Under the pieces are notes generated by a model, which did not search any database, was not told where the DNA came from, and was given only the letters and a program-made list of their open reading frames with translations. Both the position numbers and the translations under genes were made by a program. 31,877 nt of DNA from Candidatus Micrarchaeaceae archaeon (lineage in GTDB: Archaea; Micrarchaeota; Micrarchaeia; Micrarchaeales; CABMGC01). The stretch is from assembly GCA_038873795.1 (NCBI GenBank), contig JAVZDR010000005.1:1-31877 (forward strand), written 5' to 3'. Positions 7,634 through 16,505 of this stretch are shown piece after piece (positions within the stretch are counted from its first letter, which is position 1; every line of letters starts with the position of its first letter).

Positions 7634-10059
7634 GCTGGCGTGGCCTTGCTACTTTCAGCCGGCACAACAAATGCGTCTACGACCTTTGCCCCTTTGTCAA
7701 GCTTCATGAGCCTTACGCCGCTGGCTGCGCGCCCTGTGATTCTTATTGAGGATACTGGGAAGTTTATAGCTGTGCCTTCTGAGTTTATCAGTATTATCCC
7801 TTCTTCTGCGCTTGCCTGCATCGCCTTTACTACCTTGCCTGTCTTGTCATTTATTTTCATGCTTATCACGCCGCGCCCTCCGCGGCCCTGGAGCCTGTAT
7901 CTGCTTATCTCAGTCAGCTTGCCATAGCCATTTTCGGTTATGGTAAGCAGGTAGCCGCCGTCTCGGGTTACTATGGCGCTCTTCGCCACGTCGTTGGTGA
8001 GCTTTATACCGCGGACGCCCATTGCACCCCTTCCTGTCGGTCTTATTGAACTCTCGTTAAACTTTATCGACTTGCCGCCTTCGGTAGTAATGAGCACAGC
8101 GTACTTGCCGTCATTCGGATAAATCAGCATATCTACAAGCGCGTCGTTGCTGTTGAGTTTTATTGCCTTTACTCCAGTGGACCTTGGCTTAGAGAAGAGG
8201 CTTCCATATGTAACCTTTACAATGCCTCTTCTGGTTAGGAAGAGTAGCTTAGAATCCGAGAAGTCCTTTGCCGCAGAAAGTTTCACTATCTTTTCGTCGT
8301 TTCTTAGATTGAGCAGATTGACTATGGCACTGCCTCTCGAATACCTATTTGCTTCGGGTATTCTATAGACCTTGAGCCAGTAGGCGTTGCCCTTGTTTGA
8401 GATGCAAAGCAGCGTCTCCTTTGTGCTGCACACCAATATCTGGCTTGCGAAATCTTCTTCTTTGAGATCTGTGGCTATCACGCCCTTTCCACCTCGTGAC
8501 TGCTCCCTGAAATTCCTAAGATCTGTCCTTTTTATGTAGCCCTCCCTAGTAAATATTACGGCCGTCTCTGCCTCCGGTATGAGGTCTTCATCTGTAAGCT
8601 CTTCGGTCTCATCCGATATTTCTATCTCAGTGCGCCTTGGCCTCCCGTATTTGGCTTTTATCTCTGCTGTCTCGCTCTTTATGACTTCATCTATCTTTGC
8701 TGGATCCTGGAGCAGAGAATTGTAGTAGACTATTTTCTCAGCCAGCTCTGCCTGCTCCTTTTCAAGGGATTCGGATTCCATTGCGGTGAGCTTGCTAAGC
8801 TTTACATCAAGTATGGCATTTGCCTGCTTCTCAGTGATTCCGTATTTGGCCATGAGCGCTGACCTCGCTGAAGCAAGCTCTCTGCTCTCTTTGATTAGCT
8901 TTATAACCTCCTCTATATTTTGTATCGCTATTAGAAGGCCTTCGATTATATGCTTCCTCTCCTTCGCATTGCCCAGATCAAATTCTGCCCGCTTTTTTAT
9001 TATGGTCCTCCTATAATCTATGAATGTGGAGAGGAGGGAGAGTATATTGAAGTTTTTGAGGACATTGTCTATGACTGCAAGGTTTATTATTGGCATTGTC
9101 ACCTTCATCTTTGTGTGGGCATAAAGTGCATTCAGGATGCTTTTTGGATTGGCATCCTTTCTTAGGTCTATTGTTATCCTTATTCCCGATTTGTCGCTCT
9201 CATCCCTCACATTTGCTATGCCAGATATTATCTTATCCTTGGCAAGCTCAGCCACTTCTGATATTATCTCTGCCTTGCTTACGTTGTATGGTATTTCACT
9301 TATTATTATGGTGTTTTTCTTCTCGTCTATTGAAGCCTTTGCCTTTACGGTTATGCGGCCATTGCCAAACTTATAGCCAAGGATTGCTGATTGGGACATT
9401 ATGGCTATGCCACCAGTTGGGAAATCCGGTCCTTTTATGATCTTAAGTATATCTTCTGCTGTGGCGCCTGGGTTATCGATTTTGTATATCACCGCATCGC
9501 ATACCTCTGAAAGATTGTGGGGAGGTATGCTTGTGGCAACCCCCACGGCAATGCCTGATGCACCATTTATGAGAAGATTAGGCGCCTTAGCGGGAAGAAG
9601 CTTTGGCTCTTTCTCTGTGTTATCGAAATTTGGAACAAACTCAACAACTCCCTTTTCTATGTCTTCCAATGACTCTTCGGCAAATTTGGTCAGCCTCACT
9701 TCTGTGTAACGCATGGCTGCTGGCGGATCGTCATCGATTGAGCCCATGTTTCCCTGCCCTTCCACAAAAGGGTGGTTTATTGAAAAATCCTGGGCCATCC
9801 TTACAAGAGATGCGTAGACTGCTGCATCGCCATGCGGATGATATTTGCCCAAAATTTCGCCGACTATCCTTGCGCTCTTTTTTGTGGGAAGATTGTGGAA
9901 GTTGTTTATTTTGTACATGCCATAGAGTATCCTCCTCTGGACAGGTTTTAGGCCATCCCTGGCATCTGGTATGGCTCTCCCTATTATCACGCTCATCGCG
10001 TAGTCTATGTAGCTTGACTGCATCTCATCTTCTATGTGCACAGTACTTATCGTTGGCAC
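7630..10059 (-). CDS. gyrA: DNA gyrase subunit A
   Basis: YAMSVIIGRAIPDARDGLKPVQRR, KYHPHGD, catalytic AAMRYTE, GyrA-box QSRGGKG, C-terminal beta-pinwheel repeats. Confidence 0.97.
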   Translation of the reverse strand: MPTISTVHIEDEMQSSYIDYAMSVIIGRAIPDARDGLKPVQRRILYGMYKINNFHNLPTKKSARIVGEILGKYHPHGDAAVYASLVRMAQDFSINHPFVEGQGNMGSIDDDPPAAMRYTEVRLTKFAEESLEDIEKGVVEFVPNFDNTEKEPKLLPAKAPNLLINGASGIAVGVATSIPPHNLSEVCDAVIYKIDNPGATAEDILKIIKGPDFPTGGIAIMSQSAILGYKFGNGRITVKAKASIDEKKNTIIISEIPYNVSKAEIISEVAELAKDKIISGIANVRDESDKSGIRITIDLRKDANPKSILNALYAHTKMKVTMPIINLAVIDNVLKNFNILSLLSTFIDYRRTIIKKRAEFDLGNAKERKHIIEGLLIAIQNIEEVIKLIKESRELASARSALMAKYGITEKQANAILDVKLSKLTAMESESLEKEQAELAEKIVYYNSLLQDPAKIDEVIKSETAEIKAKYGRPRRTEIEISDETEELTDEDLIPEAETAVIFTREGYIKRTDLRNFREQSRGGKGVIATDLKEEDFASQILVCSTKETLLCISNKGNAYWLKVYRIPEANRYSRGSAIVNLLNLRNDEKIVKLSAAKDFSDSKLLFLTRRGIVKVTYGSLFSKPRSTGVKAIKLNSNDALVDMLIYPNDGKYAVLITTEGGKSIKFNESSIRPTGRGAMGVRGIKLTNDVAKSAIVTRDGGYLLTITENGYGKLTEISRYRLQGRGGRGVISMKINDKTGKVVKAMQASAEEGIILINSEGTAINFPVSSIRITGRAASGVRLMKLDKGAKVVDAFVVPAESSKATPA

Positions 10060-10079
10060 TCTTTCACCTGGTTTGCAAA

Positions 10080-12011
10080 TTATATGTCTAGGACCTTTAC
10101 CTCGCCAGAATGTTCCTCAAGGAACTTCCTCCTCTCCATGACGTCGACGCCCATCAGTATTGTGAAGAGCCTGTCGGCCATCTCAGCATCCTTTATTGTG
10201 ACCCGCTTTAGCACTCGCCTCTCAGGATCCATAGTGGTCTCCCATAGCTGTTCAGGGTTCATTTCGCCCAAGCCCTTATATCGCTGGATCTCGATATTTG
10301 GCCCAAGCTCCTTCATTTTTTCATTTAATTCGGCATCGCTATAGCAGTAGAATACGGACTTGCCTTTCTTTAGTTTGTAGAGAGGTGGCTGTGCCAGATA
10401 CACATAGCCTAGTTCAATTATCTTTTTCATATACCTGTAGAAGAAAGTCAGAAGCAGCGTCTTTATGTGGCTTCCATCTACGTCGGCATCGCTCATCAAT
10501 ATTATCTTCTTGTACCTCAGTGCATTTATGTCAAAACTTTCGCCCATTCCAGCGCCGAGCGCTGTGACTATTAAATGCAGGTATTCGCTGTTGAATATCT
10601 TCTCGTTGCTAGCCTTCTCCACATTGAGGATTTTGCCTCTAAGCGGCAATATTGCCTGTGTGTTTTTGTCCCTTGCCTGCTTGCTTGAGCCTCCAGCGCT
10701 TTCCCCTTCAACTATGAAAAGTTCTGTCTTCTCCGGGTCTGAGTAGATGCAGTCAGCCAGTTTGCCTGGAAGAATTGCACCTTCGAAGATGTTTTTCTTC
10801 CTGGAGAGCTCTCTCGCCTTCCGGGCATTTTCTCTTGCAATAGCAGCATTTATCACCTTCTCGGCTATTGCCCTTGCACTTGACGGATGCTCTTCTAAGT
10901 AGGTTGAAAGTTCATTGTATGCTATATTTTCTACGACGCTTTTGATTTCTGCATTTCCGAGCTTTTCTTTTGTCTGGCCTTCGAATTCTGGATTGGGGAG
11001 CATTATGCTCAGCACAGCGGTGAGCCCCTCCCTCACATCGCTGCCATCTATTTTTATCTCTTCCTTCTCTTTCTTCGCTTTGCCATTTAGGTTTGATTTT
11101 GATATATACGAGACTATCGCACGGGTTAAGGCTGCGTGGAATCCCGTAACATGTGTGCCGCCTTCTAGGGTCATTATATTGTTGACAAAAGAGAGCAATT
11201 TTTCATCATAAGAGCTGTCATACTGCATTGAAAACTCTACCTTTATTGAGTCGACAGTCCTTTTCGCGGAGATGATATCGGATATTGTGCTTTTTCCCTT
11301 ATTCATCTCCTCTATAAGTTCAGGGATGCCTCGTGTCGATAGGTACTGCTTCTCCTCATGCGCTCCGAATCTGTCATCAATAAAAGTAATCTTGGTGTTC
11401 GGATTGAGGTAGCTTGTGTATTTGAGGCGCAGCTTTATCTGCTCAGAATCGAAGCGTGGCACATGGAAGATCTCGGGGTCAGGCTTGAACTTTATTATTG
11501 TTCCTGTCTCATGGGTTTCGCCAGAAACCTGGAGCTGAGTTGTTGGCTTCCCGCGCTCGAACCTTTGGGTATAGACCTTACCATCGCGCAAGACGGTTGC
11601 GACTGTATACTCTGAGAGCGCATTAACAACGGTAAGACCTACTCCATGGAGGCCGCCTGATACTTTGTAAACATTATTGTCGAATTTTGCTCCGGAATGC
11701 AGCGTCGTCATTATTACTTCAAGCGCGCTCTTATTGAATTTTGGCATTATATCTACAGGTATGCCCCTACCGTCATCACGAACCTCAGCTATATCGCCAG
11801 TCTCATCCTGGGTCAAGTGCACGGTTATGTTTTTGCAGTATCCTGCCATAGCTTCGTCTACCGAATTGTCCACAACTTCTGAGAGAAGGTGCAAAACGCC
11901 ATCTGTTGCAGTTGAGCCTATGTACATTGCAGGCCTTTTCCTTATGCCTTCGACCCCTTCAAGAACAACTATTTTAGATGCTGTATACTCCTCACTATCG
12001 CTTGACATCAT
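10080..12011 (-). CDS. gyrB: DNA gyrase subunit B
   Basis: RKRPAMYIG, EVVDNSVDE, GGLHGVG, VEGESAGGS, PLRGKILN, DADVDG, RYKGLGEM. Confidence 0.97.
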   Translation of the reverse strand: MMSSDSEEYTASKIVVLEGVEGIRKRPAMYIGSTATDGVLHLLSEVVDNSVDEAMAGYCKNITVHLTQDETGDIAEVRDDGRGIPVDIMPKFNKSALEVIMTTLHSGAKFDNNVYKVSGGLHGVGLTVVNALSEYTVATVLRDGKVYTQRFERGKPTTQLQVSGETHETGTIIKFKPDPEIFHVPRFDSEQIKLRLKYTSYLNPNTKITFIDDRFGAHEEKQYLSTRGIPELIEEMNKGKSTISDIISAKRTVDSIKVEFSMQYDSSYDEKLLSFVNNIMTLEGGTHVTGFHAALTRAIVSYISKSNLNGKAKKEKEEIKIDGSDVREGLTAVLSIMLPNPEFEGQTKEKLGNAEIKSVVENIAYNELSTYLEEHPSSARAIAEKVINAAIARENARKARELSRKKNIFEGAILPGKLADCIYSDPEKTELFIVEGESAGGSSKQARDKNTQAILPLRGKILNVEKASNEKIFNSEYLHLIVTALGAGMGESFDINALRYKKIILMSDADVDGSHIKTLLLTFFYRYMKKIIELGYVYLAQPPLYKLKKGKSVFYCYSDAELNEKMKELGPNIEIQRYKGLGEMNPEQLWETTMDPERRVLKRVTIKDAEMADRLFTILMGVDVMERRKFLEEHSGEVKVLDI

Positions 12012-12221
12012 ACCACAAGATCCTGGTCATAATTATATGCAATTTAACTATTAAAAACCTTTTTTATAGCTGCGCATGTATATGCAGATGAGATAGAAGA
12101 TTTGGCATTTTAAAGGCGTGCGCAGAGCCAAGTTTATGCCGTTTTGGATCTATTTATGCAGATTCATAGCGATTTTTGTTAGCTTTATTTATTTTTCCAA
12201 TGAATAGATATCTGTGGTTGC

Positions 12222-13544
12222 ATGCGCAAGCGAGTACTCATACTCGGGGCAGCTGGGAGAGATTTCCATGATTTCAATGTGCTGTTCCGAGATAACGAGA
12301 ATTTTGAAGTGGTCGGATTCACAGCCAGCCAGATACCATTTATTGCAGATAGGACCTATCCAAAGGAGCTCTCTGGAAGCCTTTACAAAAATGGGATAAA
12401 GATATACGAGGAAAAGGACCTCAGTAGCATAATAAAAAAGGAGAAGGTTGATGTATGTGTCTTGGCGTATAGCGACCTGCCATATAATACCGTAATGCAC
12501 AAGGCGAGTATAGCGAACGCCAACGGGGCGGATTTCTGGCTCATTGCTCCGGAGCAGGCTATGCTCAAGTCGACTAAGCCGGTCATAGCGGTCTGTGCAG
12601 TAAGAACAGGAAGCGGCAAGAGCCAGACATCAAGATACATTGCAGAGTTGGTAAAGGAGAATGGGAAAAAGCCAGTGGTCATAAGGCATCCAATGCCGTA
12701 TGGCGACCTTAGAAAGCAGATAGTTGAGAGGTTTGCGACCATTAAAGACCTTGATAAATACAAATGCACAATAGAAGAAAGAGAGGATTATGAGCCGCAC
12801 CTGATAAGAAAGACAATAGTATACGCCGGGGTTGATTATGAGAAGATATTGAGGCGTGCAGAGAAAGAAGCGGATATATTGATCTGGGACGGCGGGAACA
12901 ACGATGCGCCTTTTATAAAACCTGATCTGTTTATAACTGTTGCTGATCCACTGCGTGTTGGTAACGAGCTTACTTATTATCCTGGCGAAACTGTGGCGCG
13001 AATGGCTGATGTTCTAATAATAAATAAAGTGAATTCTGCATCTGAGATTGAGGTCAAGGACCTTAAAGAGAATCTGAGGAGCATAAACCAAAGGGCAAAA
13101 GTGCTGCTTGCCAACTCTGAAATAAAGGTTGACAATGCGGACATGATAAAGGATAAAAGGGTCTTGGTTGTCGAGGATGGGCCAACAGTCACGCATGGAG
13201 GAATGAAGTTTGGCGCGGCTACGGTTGCTGCTAGGAATTTTGGCGCTGCAGAGATAATAGATGCAAAGAAATATGCTGTGGGTAGCATAAAGGAAGCTTA
13301 TGAAAAATACCCGCAACTTGATAGATTATTGCCAGCATTAGGCTATAGCAGGAAGCAGATAAGCGAGCTTGAGGAAACAATAAACCGGGCGGAATGCGAT
13401 AGTGTGGTTTCGGCGACCCCCACAGATCTGAAGCATATAATAAAAGTCAACAAGCCGATAGTACATGTCTCATATGAGCTGCGGCCCCTGACTGGTGAGC
13501 TGAGAGATATTATTAATAATTTTCTCAGGCAAAAAGTTAAGTAG
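12222..13544 (+). CDS. arcE: Arginine synthetase ArcE-like P-loop enzyme (COG2403; often labelled predicted GTPase or cyclic 2,3-DPG synthetase-like)
   Basis: ILGAAGRDFH, AVRTGSGKSQ, IRHPMPYGDL, CTIEEREDYEPH, WDGGNND and VEDGPTVTHGGM are motifs I recall from the Thermococcus ArcE family. Confidence 0.75.
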   Translation: MRKRVLILGAAGRDFHDFNVLFRDNENFEVVGFTASQIPFIADRTYPKELSGSLYKNGIKIYEEKDLSSIIKKEKVDVCVLAYSDLPYNTVMHKASIANANGADFWLIAPEQAMLKSTKPVIAVCAVRTGSGKSQTSRYIAELVKENGKKPVVIRHPMPYGDLRKQIVERFATIKDLDKYKCTIEEREDYEPHLIRKTIVYAGVDYEKILRRAEKEADILIWDGGNNDAPFIKPDLFITVADPLRVGNELTYYPGETVARMADVLIINKVNSASEIEVKDLKENLRSINQRAKVLLANSEIKVDNADMIKDKRVLVVEDGPTVTHGGMKFGAATVAARNFGAAEIIDAKKYAVGSIKEAYEKYPQLDRLLPALGYSRKQISELEETINRAECDSVVSATPTDLKHIIKVNKPIVHVSYELRPLTGELRDIINNFLRQKVK

Positions 13545-13618
13545 GGCCCATAACTCAGCATGGTCAGAGTGGCTGGCTCTTAACCAGTAAGTCAGGGGTT
13601 CAAATCCCCTTGGGCCCG
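13544..13618 (+). tRNA. tRNA-Lys(CTT)
   Basis: Acceptor stem GGGCCCA/TGGGCCC, anticodon arm GCTGG-CTCTTAA-CCAGT, T arm AGGGG-TTCAAAT-CCCCT. No intron and no encoded CCA. Confidence 0.95.
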
Positions 13619-13643
13619 CTTACCATGCTAGCGGGGGCGGGCG

Positions 13644-13698
13644 TTGCAAAAACGCAAATTTTGTTAAACAAATTTTAAAAATGCAGAATGTTTAAATA
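13644..13698 (+). promoter_or_regulatory. Operator-like near-palindrome (AAATTTTGTT-A-AACAAATTTT) plus TATA box upstream of tfe
   Basis: 32/35 identical to 351-385. TTTAAATA at 13691-13698. Confidence 0.65.
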
Positions 13699-13751
13699 CA
13701 AAATGGTTCATAAGTATATTGGTAGAGAATCTGCATAAATGGGCGATAAAT

Positions 13752-14456
13752 ATGAATCATGTCAATAAAGTGGTTTCTCAGAAGCATATTATCGCCAGGG
13801 TTGGGTCTAGGGCGAAGGCCCAGGTAAGAAAGCAAATACGCGGCTCTGCATCAAAAAAGCATGCCGTAAAGGCTGTGGCGACCAGAGCGCATGCTGCGGC
13901 GCGTAAAAAGCACGCAGAAAAAAATAAGGGCATTATGCTGCTTTCTAGGATAGCAACACCCGCAGAAATCGAGAGCATTATTGCAGACAGAAATTTTTCA
14001 AATTATGTAATTAGGAATTCAGGCAAAAAGAGCATTGATGTGATAAGGGCGCTTGCGAATCCCCAAACAGACGAAGATATTGCAACAAAATCTGGCGTAA
14101 AGATAAATGAGGTTAGAAGGATACTGAATGATTTTAACAAGTTTGGCTTTGCAAGGTACAATATCCGTAAAGATAGCAAAGGGTGGCTAACTTTTATTTG
14201 GTATATAGATGGAGATAAGCTGAATGAATTTACAAATACTGTGCGCATTTCACAAAGCAAACCAGAATTCAAACTACAAGATGCGTGCGATGACTTCTTC
14301 ATATGTGAAAATTGCTACAGAGAGCAGAAGACCATCCTTCCATTCGATGCAGCAGCAGAAGCTGGTTTCAGATGCGATGTCTGCGGCAGAATGCTTACAA
14401 GGATAAGCAGGGAAAGTGCGGAGAGGCTTATCTCCACTTCTGTAGCTACTGAATAA
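13752..14456 (+). CDS. tfe: Transcription factor E (TFIIE-alpha homolog) with a basic N-terminal extension
   Basis: wHTH TDEDIATKSGVKINEVRRILNDF...KDSKGWLTFIW and zinc ribbon CENC...FDAAAEAGFRCDVCG. The start is uncertain (ORF track gives TTG 13719). Confidence 0.88.
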   Translation: MNHVNKVVSQKHIIARVGSRAKAQVRKQIRGSASKKHAVKAVATRAHAAARKKHAEKNKGIMLLSRIATPAEIESIIADRNFSNYVIRNSGKKSIDVIRALANPQTDEDIATKSGVKINEVRRILNDFNKFGFARYNIRKDSKGWLTFIWYIDGDKLNEFTNTVRISQSKPEFKLQDACDDFFICENCYREQKTILPFDAAAEAGFRCDVCGRMLTRISRESAERLISTSVATE

Positions 14457-14516
14457 AGCTGCGGGCACGGTAGCTTTTTATAAAAGCGATTGAATATACC
14501 ACTTTGATACGGAGAT

Positions 14517-14591
14517 AGCGAGGTAGGGTAGCATGGAGTGCCCGCCGGGCTCATAACCCGGAGAACGGTGGTTCAAATCCACCCCTCGCTA
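14517..14591 (+). tRNA. Initiator tRNA-Met(CAT)
   Basis: A1:T72 pair (AGCGAGG/CCTCGCT) and anticodon arm CCGGG-CTCATAA-CCCGG with three G-C pairs. Upstream TTTTATAAAA box. Confidence 0.95.
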
Positions 14592-14718
14592 CACCCCATA
14601 CTTCCACTAAATTTTCGCTTTTGGGGGCATGGGCATACATTATTAAAAAGATAAATTCATTACATAATATAATTAATATGCAGGCGAATAGTGGAACTGC
14701 AGGGGGTAGGGTGGTTTT

Positions 14719-15198
14719 GTGGATACTGTAGATTTCGATGCGCTTTTTTCCAAGATAAACGAAGAAAAAAAGACAGGAGAAATACTTCCAATCCAGAAAG
14801 ATTTTTATATAAGAGCTGAGCAATATCTATCTCGGCTCGGAGCAGAAAACAGCAGCGAAGCATCTGCTTTGCAAGCCCAAAACTTCAGGAAACTGCTAAG
14901 ATCCCTCAAAGAGAGGAGGATCCAAAAAATACTGATTTATATAGCCTACAACAAAAAAATCAACGCGCAACTTGCAGACGAGGAAGCCGAACTCTATAAA
15001 ACCATCAAAAAGGTTGTGGAAGAGGCAACCAACGGAGGAGAAAAGAGCAGAAAGATAAAGATAACGTCAAACACCCCTGAAATAATAATGCCTAATGGCA
15101 GCAAAATAGGGCCATTCACGCAGAACCAGGTGATAGAAGTGAGTAACCAAGAAGAATTCGATTTCATACTTAAGAATAAAATCGGAGAAGAGATATGA
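14719..15198 (+). CDS. DNA replication complex GINS protein (Gins51-type, A-B domain order)
   Basis: EKKTGEILPIQKDFY...ERRIQKIL...EEAELY helical domain plus a C-terminal IGPF beta domain. Canonical position upstream of rpl44e. Confidence 0.8.
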   Translation: MDTVDFDALFSKINEEKKTGEILPIQKDFYIRAEQYLSRLGAENSSEASALQAQNFRKLLRSLKERRIQKILIYIAYNKKINAQLADEEAELYKTIKKVVEEATNGGEKSRKIKITSNTPEIIMPNGSKIGPFTQNQVIEVSNQEEFDFILKNKIGEEI

Positions 15199-15202
15199 TA
15201 GC

Positions 15203-15484
15203 ATGAAAATACCCAAAGAAATCATAGCCTACTGCCCATATTGCAACAAGCACACACCACATACCGTAAGTTTGTATTCGAAGAAAGGGGAACGGTGGAT
15301 GAATATAGGCAGAAGAAGGCACGAAAGGGCAATAAAGGGCATAGTGGGCAGCGTAGAGCATAGAATACACCCAAAAAAACTTGGCAAAAAACAGAAGCTG
15401 ATCCTAAAATGCAAGGTCTGCGGCAAAAGTGTGGAAAGGGTAGTCGGGAAAAGGGCTAAGGCAAAAATTGAGATAGGTCGTTGA
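15203..15484 (+). CDS. rpl44e: 50S ribosomal protein L44e (eL42)
   Basis: MKIPK...YCPYCNKHTPH...LKCKVCGK, highly basic. Confidence 0.93.
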   Translation: MKIPKEIIAYCPYCNKHTPHTVSLYSKKGERWMNIGRRRHERAIKGIVGSVEHRIHPKKLGKKQKLILKCKVCGKSVERVVGKRAKAKIEIGR

Positions 15485-15489
15485 GGAAA

Positions 15490-16266
15490 ATGATAAAACA
15501 AAAGAATATGCCTGAAGTGAATGAGGTTGTCCTTGCAAAAGTAAAAAAGATAATGCCATTCGGAGCGTACTGCGATCTGATAGAATACCAAGCAGAGGCT
15601 TTCCTTCCGATAAAGGAGGTCTCGCCAGGCTGGATTAAGAATATCCACGAATTCCTAAAAGAAGGCCGAGAAGAGGTGGCAAAAGTAATATATGTTGATC
15701 ATGAGAGGCGCGCCATAGACATTTCCATTAAAAAGGTCAGCAAGAAGGAGCAGAAAGACAAGATAAATGATTACAATATGGAAAAGAGATCCGAGAGTAT
15801 GTTTAACCAGGCGCTGAAGGTCTCAGAGGCAGTGGCTGAGAAAGACCAAATCCTGCAGAAAATAGCGCAGAAGTTCAACACATATTCAGATCTTATTTTC
15901 AGCATCTCTGCAAACCCAAAGGCAATAGATGACATTCCAGTAAATCCAAAATTCAAGGAGGCCCTTGCAGAGATAGTCTCAAAGAATGTAAAGCCAAAGG
16001 TCTACAAGGTTGCATATACTCTCGAACTAAGCCAAGCCACCTCTTCTGTGGAGAGCATTAAAAAGGCACTTATGGAGATCGAATCTATGGGCATGGAGGT
16101 GCTCTACCTCGGCTCTCCTAAATACAAGATTGTTGCTGCAGGAGGAAGCTATCCAGAAGCAGAAGAAAAGATAAAAAAGGCAAACACTGTCCTCGAAAAA
16201 TACTTCGACGGAGACTTCGAAATCACAAAAGAGAAAGGATACCAAGGTAAACTCTCCCCTTCCTAA
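15490..16266 (+). CDS. eif2a: Translation initiation factor 2 subunit alpha (aIF2alpha)
   Basis: S1 domain PEVNEVVLAKVKKIMPFGAYCDLIEY...EVSPGWIKNI...IDISIKKV and C-terminal YLGSPKY. The last residues overlap an IS-like end. Confidence 0.93.
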   Translation: MIKQKNMPEVNEVVLAKVKKIMPFGAYCDLIEYQAEAFLPIKEVSPGWIKNIHEFLKEGREEVAKVIYVDHERRAIDISIKKVSKKEQKDKINDYNMEKRSESMFNQALKVSEAVAEKDQILQKIAQKFNTYSDLIFSISANPKAIDDIPVNPKFKEALAEIVSKNVKPKVYKVAYTLELSQATSSVESIKKALMEIESMGMEVLYLGSPKYKIVAAGGSYPEAEEKIKKANTVLEKYFDGDFEITKEKGYQGKLSPS

Positions 16267-16430
16267 CAGGAGGGGCTTTCATCGAGATGAATAATATGGA
16301 AGACCGTCAACAAAGTCTGAATATCTTTCATCAGAAAGCTTTGAGAGTCGATTGCACAGCCTATCTCGCTTTAGGATTTTACGCTGGTCAGCAACCACAT
16401 ATCTCGTATCCAAACAAGATATTCCCAGGT
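16247..16430 (-). mobile_element. IS200/IS605-family right end with upstream structured non-coding sequence (MITE/PATE or stand-alone omegaRNA-like element)
   Basis: Minus strand 16279-16247 reads AAAG-CCCCTCCT-GTT-AGGAAGGGG-AGAGT-TTAC: a bulged hairpin with guide tetranucleotide AAAG and cleavage tetranucleotide TTAC. Further hairpins at 16278-16291, 16325-16338 and 16399-16422. The far boundary is approximate. Confidence 0.65.
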
Positions 16431-16505
16431 TTGTTTATACAACAAAATATTTATGCTTCTACTCGCAATTTCCCCAGCACACAAAGGCCCTTGCGAGGCG
16501 ATTAG

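Noticed and set aside
13655..13678. Shared palindrome as a Xer/dif site or origin recognition box
   Set aside because: It lacks the 11-6-11 dif layout and the ORB G-string. The fixed spacing to a TATA box favours an operator.
16262..16270. CCTAACAGG shared by the IS-like hairpin and the CRISPR repeat 5' end
   Set aside because: Only 9 bp with no flanking similarity, so compatible with chance.
16247..16430. Plus-strand reading as an IscB/HEARO omegaRNA 5' end
   Set aside because: The opening hairpin fits, but the downstream HEARO features and an iscB ORF are not visible. The minus-strand right-end reading is simpler.
16287..16505. 72-aa ORF in the usual nop10 position
   Set aside because: No Nop10 motifs (zinc-ribbon Cys, YTL, PxxFSP). 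The region is better explained as structured non-coding or IS-derived DNA.
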